Origin: Octopus sinensis
Taxonomy: Eukaryota
Length of the DNA: 64,000 nt
Direction of reading: 5' to 3'
Assembly (NCBI RefSeq): GCF_006345805.1
Contig: NC_043006.1
Span: forward strand, 82,894,001-82,958,000
How positions within the stretch are numbered: the stretch's first letter is position 1; every line of letters begins with the position of its first letter. Below are positions 51,181 through 64,000 of this stretch, in pieces. Made by a program: the position numbers and the translations under genes. Below the pieces are notes generated by a model, which was not told where the DNA came from, did no database searches, and saw only the letters and a program-made list of their open reading frames with translations.

Positions 51181-52014
51181 TATATATATTACATCTATGT
51201 GTGTGTAAATATCTATACGATTATTTATGTATAGATATATGTGTGTATGTGTGGGCGTGTGTGTATATTGTAATATTTGATATTGGCATTTTAATATATT
51301 CAATGACGCAGTTTACATAAGGCATAAGGACTTAGATTAAACATGGACATTGATTAAATATCAAAGCTTTTATACAACAGACACACAGAAGCATCATCTC
51401 ACAGAACAAGACATCTTTTATACATCTATTGCAGCATCCTATACATACATCTTGCATACGTACATCTATAAATATACAGCCCCACATATATACATTCTAC
51501 ATACATACATACATTCATACATACATACTCACATAAATACATCCATCCATCCATCCATCCATCCATCCATCCATCCATACATACATATATACATACTGAC
51601 ATACATACATACATACATGCATACATACATACATACATACATTGCAGAACTCAAGAAACACGAAGTCTTCTAACAGTAATGTCATCTAATATTTTATTGC
51701 TATCTTTGTTATTCTTGTCATTATTGTTGTTGTTCTTGTTGTTTTTTCTACTTTCACTTTCATTATCGCTCCCTATCGTGCTTTTCTTTCTTATTTCCCT
51801 TTCTTCTTTTTCGTCTTTTCCCCCTCATATTCACGAAATTATAGTATTGCTCAAGATTGAGAGGATGATGGCGAAAGAGAAGAGGGTAGGGTGATTGAAG
51901 AAGCGTTGCTGATATCCGTTAATCTTTGCTTGAGAATCATTAATTATCTTTATCCACTGCGTTCTGTTTACTCGTCTCCAAAGTTTCTATAATTGCAGGA
52001 CTGATTGAGTGGAT

Positions 52015-52679
52015 GGTTGGCTGATTGGCTGGCTGGCTAGTTGTATATTCGGTTGGCTGGCTGGTTGGTTGGTTGGCTGGTTGTTTGGTTGGATGGTTGG
52101 GTAGTTGGTGGTTGGTCATCATTATCGCTGTTGTCGTGTTCGTTGTCTTCCTTATCCTCGTCGCTGCTTTTATTGATAGTGGTTGTTGTTGTTGTGGTGG
52201 TGGTGGTGGTTGTAGTGGTGCTGGTGACGGTGGTGTGGTGCTGGTGGTAGTGGTGGTGGTGGTGGATATAGTGATGGTGGTGACGGTGATTGTGGTTGTG
52301 GTAGTGGTGTTGTTGTTGTTGTTGGTGGTGGTGGTAGCGGCAGAAGAGTGTTGTGGTGGTGCTGGTGATGGTGGTGGTGGTGGTGGTGTTTGTGCCGGTG
52401 TTGCTTGCGTAAAATGAGAACTTGTATATTATTCACTTTTGTAGTTCTTGCTTTTATTTCAACGTTTTCTGCCATCTCAGTATCGTCCACCACCATCACC
52501 ATCACCGCCACCACCACCACCACACTACCAATAGCACTTTCATCACCGCTGCTTCCATCATCACTCCCCACAACAACATAAACAATGACACCACCACCCC
52601 ACTAATATATTAGAAAATCTCCAACACCTTCAACAAAACCAGCCGAAACAATAACAAGAACAACATGGCATAAACCAAC

Positions 52680-52711
<32 letters not shown>

Positions 52712-52735
52712 CACCAACAACAATAACAACAACAT
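52015..52735. repeat. (GGTT)n, (GGT)n then (CAC/CAA)n low-complexity tract
   Basis: Direct reading. Confidence 0.9.
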
Positions 52736-52849
52736 GCGAATGCGAGCAAAGCAATGAACAATATTTATACTGGCCTGTCGTCACTTCGATTAGATTTTTA
52801 TATGCTTATGACTAGATTTATCATGTATACCTCTCTTTTTCTATCTTAT

Positions 52850-52893
<44 letters not shown>

Positions 52894-54003
52894 ATATATA
52901 CATACATACATTCATACATACATTCATACGTACGTACATACATATGTCTATATACATATACACGCATATATATACATATGTATATATATATATATACATA
53001 TATATATACATATAATATATACACATATATTCATACATTCATTCATACATACATATATATATATATATACATATATATATATGTGTGTGTGTGTATATAT
53101 ATCGATATATATATATATTATATATATATATATTATATATATATATATATATTATATATATATATATATATATCTATATATATATAATTCGTTTTTCTCA
53201 TTTTTACCATATTTGCATTTCGGAATTGTTGGCATTTTATTTCTGGTTGTCTGTCCAATTCTATAATAACATAATAGCTGGAACTCACTTTTCGCGTTTC
53301 AACATCTGATTAAAGTGTACATTGGGAAGTATGTACATTTGTGTAGGAACCTTACACAATGCTAGCATCTCTCGGATAATGTCGAACCAATTGTTGGCCG
53401 ATACTGGTCTTTTGTTACGAAACGTAACGTCCGTTTAGTCTTAATACCGGTCCAGCATATAATTACCTGCTCCTTGTAAAACGTCGCTTTACAATTGAGA
53501 GATAAATGAACACTGAGACAGCGGAACCAATTTAATTGAGTCAATCTAAACAATTTAAACACCATTCGCGCCGTTTCTTTTCAAATATCTGTATTATGTT
53601 TGTTGTTGTTTTTTTTTCTTCTTTCCCCTCCTTTTTCTTCCTTCCTCTTTTTCTCTTTCGTTATGTCTATTAGGTTTTCTCTGTCGCCGTCTCCAGTTCT
53701 CTCGTTTTATCCGTCTCTGTCTTCTCTTCGTATTCAAACATCTCGACTCGTCTTGTAAAGTTTCTAATTTCCCCTGACAAGCTACTGTTAGCGCAATGCT
53801 ATTCTACTGAGTGGCTGTTTAAGAGGACTTAGATGGTGTTGCCTACTGGTAATCTATTTAGAGAAAAAGATCTCTATATCTCAGAGTATTTTGCCATTGT
53901 TGTAATTGCTGTTGTTATCTTTAAAATAATGTATGTACACACACACAAACATACATACATGCAAACATATAATGTGTATTGTCTGTGTGTGCGTGTGTGT
54001 ATA

Positions 54004-54220
54004 CGAGAGGGTGCCGAAAATTTCCTGGCTTTGGGTAAAAGAAAATACAGGAGGATCAGTTAATTATGAGCTTAGCTTAGTCAACATACTTCCCCTCTCA
54101 GATTCACGCACATTGCAGTTGTCCTCCAGTTTTCCTAAGCCCTATAAAAGAACTCGGAAGATTAGGTCTCCAATCAGGCTTTTTACGATACCCTCAAAGC
54201 TAAGAACCTTTCAGTTCCCC
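54004..54220. mobile_element. mariner-derived MITE
   Basis: TA|CGAGAGGGTGCCGAAAA start and CCTTTCAGTTCCCC|TA end resemble mariner-type termini. Confidence 0.6.
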
Positions 54221-54272
<52 letters not shown>

Positions 54273-55064
54273 AGCCGGTTTTTTCTATTATTTTTCGTTT
54301 TACATGTATGACGCTTTATATTTATATTTACCTCATATGGAGTCACACACCAGCCTTCTTTTAGTGTTGTTTTATTTGTCTCTATAATCAGTTTTTTTTT
54401 TTTATTTCCCCGAAATACGAACTTATCTGTGACTTCGTATTGTTCAGATTTCTTCAATTTTTTTACCCTGGTACTTTTCTCTGTTGCTCCTTATTCCCCA
54501 ACTTCTTTTTATTCTGCCTTTATATATCTCCATCCTTCTATTTTTTTCTTCACAAGTTCCTTTAGCAGCTCTCTTTTTTCCTCAATTTCTCACTCACATT
54601 TCCTCTGTCTCACTCACATTCTGTATTTGTGCATTTCTTTCTCTTCCGCATCCTCGACCTTCGTCACTCTCTCTCTCTACTTTTCTTTCTGTCGTTCCTT
54701 TTTATTTAACCTAGCAAAATAAGGTCCTCTTCAGACATACGCAGCCTGTTAGCTCACGTTTTTCCCGCTCAGAAAATATCTGTTGAAAAGTTTACGCTAC
54801 GAATTGGCAGGTGATCTGGTGAAGACAGTAATGCAACACGATTTGCTCACGTGCTCTCCTCTCAAGCCTCAGGTAGACGTCTTCCAGTTCCTATGGGCCT
54901 GGCCTTTCAATCGCTAATTGACAGCAGAAGAGGGGAGTAGCCTGCAATACACGAAACGGTCACGTCTTTCAGACAACTGATCGGATTTGAAGGAAACAAC
55001 TAATGTGAGTTTGTGTGTCTACGTGTTTTTTTATACATGTAACCACGAATGTCAATTTGCATGC

Positions 55065-55116
<52 letters not shown>

Positions 55117-55122
55117 GTGCAT

Positions 55123-55158
<36 letters not shown>

Positions 55159-55219
55159 GTATTAATTGCCGATTAAGCTACACAACGTGTGTTGTTATTT
55201 CATTATCTATGATAAGCCA

Positions 55220-55420
55220 TAAAGCAGCGAGTTGACGGAAACTTTACCGAGGCATTTTCTTTCTGATTTACCTCTTGAGTTCAAATTCCGCCCGGGTCGG
55301 CTTCATCTGTTTATCTATTAGGTTTCGATAAAATGAGTTCCAGTCGAGTACTGGAGTCAATGTAAAATGACTAGACCCCTTTCCACAACATTTCAGGGCT
55401 TGAGCCTCTAGTTAAAAGGG
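55220..55420 (+). mobile_element. SINE family B, degenerate
   Basis: GAGTTCAAATTCCGCCCGGGTCG..TCGATAAAATGAGTTCCAG. Confidence 0.65.
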
Positions 55421-55584
55421 CTTACCCATAAGAAGACATACAGATATACTACACATAATTGTAGAAGATAAAGGATTTTAAATGGATTGGGATCCGGAGT
55501 TTATATGCGCGTATATGGCAACCTTTTATTGCGTTATATATATATATATGCGTGTGTGTGTGTGCGTGTATGTATATATATATA

Positions 55585-55640
<56 letters not shown>

Positions 55641-55641
55641 T

Positions 55642-55672
<31 letters not shown>

Positions 55673-55679
55673 GTATATG

Positions 55680-55712
<33 letters not shown>

Positions 55713-55714
55713 AT

Positions 55715-56708
55715 ATAATTTCAACAATTGAGGGCAAAATTAATTAATTATTAATCAATTTCACCAAGTGTTCAGTATGCAAAGGGACCATTCAAGGCGA
55801 ATTCAAATTATTACATTATATAAAAGGGCTTAGTAAAATAAATTACTTTTGTTAGTTGGGAGCAGATCTTCGAGAGGGTATGTTCTTATTTTCAGTGTTT
55901 CCAAATCCAAACCAAGGAATTTCCGAGCCGATGATAGAAATGTTGTTTTGACTAATCTTGAAACGTACGTTCTCGAATAACCTTAGCATTTGATTTTTCG
56001 ATGTCATTACCCCCAAACTTTTGTGAGTTAAATTATGCAAACACTATATATGAGAGAGATTTTCTTTAAGTATTAGAAATAGCCTTAAAAAAGTTTTTTA
56101 GCTGCTATTTCTAATGAGTTCAGTATGCGGCAAAGTAATTTATTTTACTAAGCCCTTTTATATAATGTAATAATTTGAATTCGCCTTGAATGGTCCCTTT
56201 GCATACTGAACACTTGGTGAAATTGATTAATAATTAATTAATTTTGCCCTCAATTGTTGAAATTATAATTAATCTCCCTCTGATTAATGCTTCGGACTTT
56301 ACCGAAATAAGCATAGAGTTTGATGATTTTAACCCACGCTGGTGGAAAGGGGAGAACAGAGATTCTTCGCTTGCTTATTTTGAATTTGTTGACACTGTTA
56401 GTTGGGAGCAGATCTTCGAGAGGGTATGTTCTTATTTTCAGTGTTTCCAAATCCAAACCAAGGAATTTCCGAGCCGATGATAGAAATGTTGTTTTGACTA
56501 ATCTTGAAACGTACGTTCTCGAATAACCTTAGCATTTGATTTTTCGATGTCATTACCCCCAAACTTTTGTGAGTTAAATTATGCAAACACTATATATGAG
56601 AGATTTTCTTTAAGTATTAGAAATAGCCTTAAAAAAGTTTTTTAGCTGCTATTTCTAATGAGTTCAGTATGCGGCAAAGTAATTTATTTTACTAAGCCCT
56701 TTTATATA

Positions 56709-56712
<4 letters not shown>
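55715..56712 (+). mobile_element. partial tandem (546-bp unit) plus inverted arm between (TA)n tracts; Penelope pLTR/retrozyme-like
   Basis: 55851 and 56397 begin near-identical copies; 55715-55850 is the reverse complement of about 56132-56266; hammerhead-like motif in each copy. Confidence 0.75.
55924..55975 (+). ncRNA. hammerhead-like motif, family 3 (second copy 56470-56521)
   Basis: Stem I CGAG/CTCG, core CCGATGA (U4 changed), AGA/TCT stem II, GAAAC, palindrome AACGTACGTT, GUU triplet. Confidence 0.5.
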
Positions 56713-56753
<41 letters not shown>

Positions 56754-56891
56754 CATATACATACATACATATATATATATTATATATATATATATATACA
56801 TATACATACATACATATATATGTGTGTGTGTGTTTGTGTGTAAATATATATATATACATATACATATACATACATACATACATACATATAT

Positions 56892-56953
<62 letters not shown>

Positions 56954-56963
56954 CGTGTGTGAG

Positions 56964-57510
56964 GGCGGCGAGCTGGCAGAATCGTTAGCTCTCTGGACGA
57001 GATGCTTAGCGGTATTTCGTCCGTCGCTACGTTCTGAGTTCAAATTCCAACCGAGGACGACTTTGTCTTTCAATCTTTCGGATATAATCAACTAGTCCCC
57101 TTCTCACAAATTTCAGGCCTTGTGCCTGTAGTAGGAAACATATTCAAGGCGGTGAGCTGGCAGAAACGTTAGCACGCCGGGCGAAATGCGTAGCCGTATT
57201 TCGTCTGCCGTTACGTTGAGTTCAAATTCCGCCGAGGTCGACTTTGCCTTTCATCCTTTCGGGGTCGATTAAATAAGTACCAGTTACGCACTGAGGTCGT
57301 TATAATCGACTTAATCCGTTTGTCTGTCCTTGTTTGTCCTCTCTGTGTTTGGTTGCTTGTGGGTAGTAAAGAAATAGGTATTTCGCCTGCCGTTACGTTC
57401 TGAGTTCAAATTCCGTCGAGGTCCACTTTGGCGGGGTCGATTAAATAAGTACCAGATAATCCTTTTGTCTGCCTTTGTTTGTCCGTACTATGTTTAGCCC
57501 CCTGTGAGCA
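56964..57510 (+). mobile_element. cluster of three SINE family B copies
   Basis: GGCGGCGAGCTGGCAGAATCGTTAGC at 56964, GGCGGTGAGCTGGCAG at about 57148, and a third core at about 57380. Confidence 0.88.
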
Positions 57511-57692
57511 ATAAAGATATATATATTATATATATATATATATATAATATATATATAATATATATATATATATATTATATATATATATATATATATAATA
57601 GTGTAATATTGTATGACTGAGCGCCTTCGCGTCGATTCGATTCGATTCTTTCCGTTTCGTTTCGTTTCTTCTTCTTCTTCTCCCAGTACAGT

Positions 57693-57747
<55 letters not shown>

Positions 57748-58209
57748 ATATATTATATATATATATGGACGTGTGCGTGCGTACTTTGAAGTAATTGTTT
57801 TTTTTTTCTTAATTTAGTTTTGTATAAAAACAAATTCAAAATTTCAATAATGGAACTCAAATGGCATGCGCACATTTATGTATGCATGCAATGCGAGTTT
57901 GCATGTGCGTGTATGTATATGGTTATATATAGACGTATATGCATATATGTGTATGGCTATATATATGTATATGTTTATATACATATTTTTATAAATATAT
58001 ATTTATATATGTATGCACATGTGTGTGTATACACACACACACACACACACACAAAAACACACATATACACACTCAAGGATAGAATGCGGTATAGAGAAAA
58101 AGAGAGGGAGAGTGCTAAGTACACGCTACGGTACTTAAGGCGATGAGCCGTAAACAATTTTATACAGACGTGCTTTATATATGCTAAAACAGACACGAAC
58201 GCACACACA

Positions 58210-58248
<39 letters not shown>

Positions 58249-59229
58249 ACACACACACACAAAATGCACATATATTAGATGTGTGTGTGTATGATTATGA
58301 GTGAGTATATGAATGTGTTCATAGATACTCACATACATATAAACATACATGCAGACGTACACTTTTATATACGTACATGCATGGATGCACATATAAGTAC
58401 ATTCGTTCATACATACACACATACACACATACATACGAACATACATACATACATACATACATACATACATACATACATACATACATACATACACACACAC
58501 ATACTTACATACATACACATCAAGATATAAAGATGTATAGACACTGAAACGTTGAGATATACAGACGCACAACATATATAGAATCACATCCGTGTACAAA
58601 CAATAGGTTTTTCGCTTTGTTCGTTTGATTTTAAGCCGGACACATTGCCCCGTCACATAACCCCCCACCACAACCACCACCACCACCACCGCATATTGCC
58701 CACCCCTTCTGTCGAAGAGCCCCGTCAAACTTTGTATGTCCGCTGTCGTTTATACGACAAGCACAGTCGGCTCTATTGGTTTTAGGCGATCGGATGTCAC
58801 TTAACCTACAGACATTGAATGTAATACTCGCCATCAAAATGAAATTACGCACGATGGCCAAATAAAAGAACTTTGAGATTCTGCTTTCACATCTTGTATA
58901 CACTTACGCTGAGCTCTACCTATATTGTCCGTTTTTAGCAATTGCCGTTGTTGTTGTCGTTGGTGCTGTGACCGTTTTTGTTTAACCCTAGTTCAGCCTT
59001 GATCTAGAAGACCTATGATCAAAAAACATTTTAAGCAGTGACTAACCAGTATTTCTTTCAGTTTTTTTTTTTTTTGTCAGGTATACTCTATTTATGAATA
59101 TCGTTATTTTTATTGATTCGCCCCACGCCAGTACAAAGACAGTGCTACTATTGGTGACCTCCCAACCTCAAGGAGCGAAAGAAAAGACGCCCCAGCCCGA
59201 TCTTACATTTGTTGGAACAGACATAGTGT

Positions 59230-60330
59230 TTGGGCGATAGTACATCGTATAAACGATGTATTTGCCAAATCCTTCCAACCTTTCAGGGATAACTTCCTCT
59301 AAATATATTCTAAGATTAGCTTGATCACTTTGTCCCATTTCCAACCCAGTTAGTAATCTGGAGAGAAACAGACTGCAGGTACTTTAATCTGTCCATCGGT
59401 CAGCGGTAATCACTGACCAACATGGATCCACTTCTTTAGTTGCCGAATTGTAGGCCACCTTGTTCTGTTTTTAATTCTTGTTTCTTCCTGTAATTACCTT
59501 ATATGTCTCCACTTTGCTACATACTTCCGAATTCCCGAAATATCTGATACCATCATGGTGCCATCGTCCATGTTGGCAGACATTACTGTCTTGTGTTAAA
59601 GATGGAATGAGTTTACTCCCCTTCGCAAGAATGTATAGAAGCGACGAGAGATGGCACTGTAAGCAACCAGAGCGTGTGATTATAAAATAGCTTTCCATGG
59701 ATGATATTTAATGTTGACACTGACTGATACTGATCAGCGATGCAATGCTGTGATTTCGCTCCAAAAACAGAATAAAATCCAGTTATATTTAAACACTCTG
59801 AGCATATATGGATGATCAAGTCTAATGGACGACGACTTCGCCTGACTTAAATGTATTAAAACACGATCAGATAACTGAGTCATATTTATACCATAACAAT
59901 CATATGCATCCAATATCCACTGTGATGGAAAGTTACCTTGCTTAGAAATTCCCAGAGCCACATATACTCGCAAGGGTTTGATGTCACAATAATGGACAAA
60001 AGACATCTTAGGTAAAGTCTTAAGTTCATTTAACAGACTCACTGAACTGGCTAAGATAATCGCATATCTTATATTTATTATAGTTCTGTGATATTGGGTT
60101 AGCACTTCAGGAAATTCTCTTAGTCTTCTCTTCATTGCAGAACACGTCACCTAAATCAATAGCAAAGACAAATCCAGTATTTTCAAACATAGTTGATATG
60201 ATTATATTATCTAGCTTCCTTCCGTATTTCAGATAACGTTACAGGTAATTACTCTACTTCATCTCTTCTGCTGAGAGCCATGGAAAATTGTGGAAGCAAG
60301 ATATTTTTACTGTTAGTCGTTTCCAATTTG
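59230..60330 (-). pseudogene. heavily decayed L1/Tx1-like RT region
   Basis: ITRSGCLQCHLSSLLYILA (QG.PLSPLL-like) and VMSANMDDGTMMVSD (YADD-like) in adjacent frames, in the expected order. Confidence 0.6.
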
Positions 60331-61515
60331 TCCTTGCTGAAAGCTGTTCGCAAGGAGCAGAGGAAAGAAACTCGTATAAAATGCTTGAAATAAAAAAAAT
60401 CACGCCCCTATTGTTCTCACTTTGTTCCTCTGCAATATCTGGGTCTCATCGAACAGATTTTGGATTCGCATTTACTAAGGCAAACAATTCTACGTACGCG
60501 TTCAGCGTCAGATAAAGAGCCATTATTATCTGTAGAAGAGTCGTGACGGTGTGCTTGTTATCTTCATGTCAACCCTTACTGAGCAGACCTATCATTGAAA
60601 ATATTCCAGCTCTGCTCAACCCAGCCTTCTCGCGGTCATTACATACCTTGGACTACACTATTCAATCTCTTTTGAAATACGGGGATGGTGGGGTTGGAAC
60701 TTGATGTGGTTGGTTGCTACTTGCAGTAGGTCAAGCGATCACTAAGTGCTCTCTCGTTCGCGCACTGGCCTTCGCGCGTTTTCTTCAAGACTCTTCTAAT
60801 CTCTATTTAGTAACCTCTTCTCCAATTATGATCGACTTTGTCTTTCATCTGTCTGTGATAAACATCGAAAATTTTGATCCGGGTGATTATATTCTCCTTC
60901 ATAAATGCATGCCATACAGCCACTTAAACACAGAAATAATAATGATTATTAACAAAATCACGTCATAAAAAACTAGGATTTAACTTCTCTGTAACACAGT
61001 CATGAAACCATATTGTATTTATAACTCCATACCCTCGTTTAACAGCATTTAGATCATGAGGTAGAGTCTTTTATGTCAGATTGTAAATGAGAAGTTTCCA
61101 CATTGCAAATGGACTGAGCAGAATCTATTGAGTATTAAACTCACCCAATGTACCTCGAACCAACGAAGTAGTCTCTACGTCGCTTCTTGACGTGCTAGAA
61201 ATAGTGGCCAAGCATTTCTCTCAAGCAAAATCTTACCGTTTTAAATAAGGAAAAACGCATTTGATAATGTAATTGAAAATAAACAAAGAAAAGGCACTAT
61301 GACCATGGTTGGAATGGATTTGATTAAATATTAATTTGCCCAATTAAGTTTGACTATAAGCTAAGGTGTCTCAACTATATTTCATCTACGAATTAAGCAG
61401 CTAACATAATCCTTCTTTCCCAGACTTGTAACATTCTGGGATACCATCTCTTCAAACATTATTTCTCTCTTCACCTCAACTTTAGTCTAGGTAATTATTA
61501 TTCATACAATCCATG

Positions 61516-61712
61516 ACGGTGAGCTGGCAGAATTGTTAGCACGCCGGGTGAAATGCTTAGAAGTATGTCGTCTGCCGCTACCCTCTGACTTCAAATTCCA
61601 CCGAGATCGACTTTACCTTTCATCCTTTCGGGGTCAATAAAAGAAGTACCAGTTGAACACTGGATTTAATCGACTTACCTCTCCCCTAAATTCTCATGTT
61701 CCATTATTATTT
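61516..61712 (+). mobile_element. SINE family B
   Basis: GGTGAGCTGGCAGAATTGTTAGCACGCCGGG..CCTTTCATCCTTTCGGGGTC. Confidence 0.88.
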
Positions 61713-61921
61713 GAAATCATTATTAAAACAATCCAAAGACCGTAGGTTTTAAATTCGTTTAAACTAAATTCAGAAAAAACAACCGAAGAATTGTTTTGAA
61801 ATTGCCTTTTTTTGAAATTGAAATTTTTTTGAAATTGCCTGATAATACAGACATAGACTTGCACAAATGCATCAATAAATTAACATTGATGTTTTTTTCA
61901 CCATTGCTACAATCATCTGAA

Positions 61922-62836
61922 ATGTAACTATCAAGTGCGATATTCGAGCAATTTTGCTATTCAACTTCAAAAAAGAACGTAAAGCAGCTGAAACTGCTCG
62001 CGATATCAACAAAACGTGTGATGAGGTAATGACCGGTGAATGGTCAGCTCGAAAATGGTTTAAACGATTTTACAATGGAGACCTGAACCTTGAAGATCGT
62101 GAGCGTAGTGGACGCCCATCTGTCATCAATGACGGTCAATTAAAGACCGTCATTGAAAACAGTCCATGTAAAACCGCTCGAGAACTGGCAAAAGAACTTC
62201 AAGTTAGCCAGAAAGCTGCCTGGAACCATTTGCATGCGATCACAAAATCAAAAAGGCTTGGCAAACCAGACGATTTGAATGAAAATCAGAAATGTGCAGA
62301 TTTGAAATTTGCTCGTCGCTTTTTCTCTACAAAAAAAAAAGTCCTTCGCAGTGGTTGCACCAAAATGAAGCACCAAAAACATTCCCTAAACCGAGCTCTT
62401 TAAAAAGAAGGTTATGGTGACTGTTTGGTGGTGTACTGCTGGACTCACCCAATATAACTCCTTAAAACCCGGGTAAACCATTACTGCAGAAACATATTGC
62501 CATGAAAGTGCCAAAATGAACGAAAACTGTTACTCCTCCAGCTTATTCCCCAGACATTTCTCCTACCGACTATCACTTTTTCAAACGCCTTGATGGCTTT
62601 CTGCGAGAGAATTTCAAAAATTAAACCGATGTTGAAAGTGCGTTCCAAGAGTTCATCAGTTCCAGAACTCCAGATTTTTATGTTACTGGAATAAACAAAC
62701 TTGTTATAACTAGTTGGCAAAAATGTGTTGATTGTAATAGTACTTGCTTTGATGTAAAAAAATTTCTGCATTGTTGAAATATATTGTAATGAATTTCCTG
62801 TTTCAAAACTTTGTTTACTTTTTACTCAGCCACGAG
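61922..62836 (+). mobile_element. mariner transposase pseudogene with right end
   Basis: KCDIRAILLFNFKK..ARKWFKRFYNGDLNLEDRERSGRP..TARELAKEL, KKKVMVTVWW, WQKCVDCN; shorter than a complete ORF; left TIR not identified. Confidence 0.9.
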
Positions 62837-63208
62837 TAACATCGTTTTCTTCGTCTGCCGAAAAAGGCATTTTTTTCCAAATACGCCAGCTAAGCTAAGT
62901 TGTACTGTCTATAGTCGTAAGACACCCGCTGTTTTTGTCCTGTTATTACAATTATTGTTTTTTGTATTGATATTCGTGTGGCATCGTCCGTTTTTCTGTC
63001 CTTGTTTCGTATACATTCGATCCTTTTTCCAAGAAATCTAATGCTCGTAACTTAGTTTTTCCTTGGGGCTGGCCGGATCGGAGCGATCTCAAGATTAATC
63101 AGCCGAAATTGCGAGGATGATCCGGTTCTTGACTGAAGATTGCTTTTTGTATCGTCTTCTAAATGTTTTACGTTCTTGTCCCAGTTTGTATTTTTTTTAC
63201 ATATACAT

Positions 63209-63266
<58 letters not shown>

Positions 63267-63345
63267 CATACATGCATACATACACACACAAATATACACA
63301 CATACACGCACATGCACATATATATATACATATATATATATGTTT

Positions 63346-63426
<81 letters not shown>

Positions 63427-63439
63427 CATATACATACAA

Positions 63440-63662
63440 ACATGTATACTAGTTTCAAATTTTGGCGCAAGACAAGCAGTTTTAGTAGAGGGAGAAAGCT
63501 GATTGCATCGATCCATTACTCAACTGGTACTTATTTTATCGCCCCCAAAATAATGCAAAGCAATGTCGACCTCGGCGGAATTTGAGCTCAGAATCTGAGG
63601 ACGGACGAAATGCCTCTGAGCATTTTGCCCGGCGCGCTAACGATTCTGCCAGTTCGCCACCT
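63440..63662 (-). mobile_element. SINE family B
   Basis: GTCGACCTCGGCGGAATTTGAGCTCAGAA..GCTAACGATTCTGCCAGTTCGCCACC. Confidence 0.88.
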
Positions 63663-63781
63663 CAAGACACATCCACCCGACACATACGCGCGCGCGTTCA
63701 ATTTACGGGCAGTATTTTATCAACTTCGGTTTGATTGTGTATGCGTGTGTGTATGTCTATATGTGTGTATGTATGTGTGTG

Positions 63782-63824
<43 letters not shown>

Positions 63825-64000
63825 ATGAGTGTTTGTATATATTTTTTGAGTATGTGTGCGTGTTGCATGTATGTATGTATATATGTATGTATGTGTATGT
63901 ACATATGCTATGCTCAATAAAATTAAGTTGTACATGTTTACATATGTGTACATGTGCACGAATATATTTCACTGTAGGTGCACGTGTGCGTTTGCGTATG

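Noticed and set aside
56244-56480. 78-codon ORF in the 546-bp unit
   Set aside because: No recognisable RT or GIY-YIG motif; not called as a CDS.
57600-57690. Pyrimidine tract plus CAG, TGT start (splice acceptor or LTR fragment)
   Set aside because: A 90-bp piece between TA tracts with no donor, second LTR or TSD to support either reading.

Overview
Repeat-saturated, AT-rich eukaryotic DNA with no recognisable intact host gene, rRNA, true tRNA or CRISPR array. The repeat repertoire (three tRNA-derived SINE families, dense TA/TATG/CTAT/TAA/GGT microsatellites) resembles an octopus (coleoid cephalopod) genome; this is inferred from resemblance, not from a search. Almost all ORFs in the supplied track are microsatellite translations. 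Real coding signal comes only from decayed transposons: a near full-length R4/Dong-type RLE LINE (43620-47520, minus) plus fragments in (TAA)n, a second RLE LINE fragment in (CATA)n, three DD37D (maT-like) Tc1/mariner copies, a mariner remnant, L1/Tx1-like pieces, and CR1-like and Penelope-like RT scraps. The most notable observations are: (i) several distinct minimal type I hammerhead-ribozyme motifs in short elements next to (TA)n tracts, often with an inverted arm, one in a 546-bp tandem unit (Penelope pLTR/retrozyme-like); (ii) a 2.1-kb ORF1-only L1/Tx1-like element inserted with a 16-bp target-site duplication into the tRNA-like head of a SINE; (iii) a 557-bp non-coding element in (TAA)n whose 19-nt terminus recurs as four isolated tags; (iv) a ~1-kb-arm inverted duplication whose indel-type differences suggest a long-read assembly artefact. 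Coordinates of degenerate repeats are approximate.
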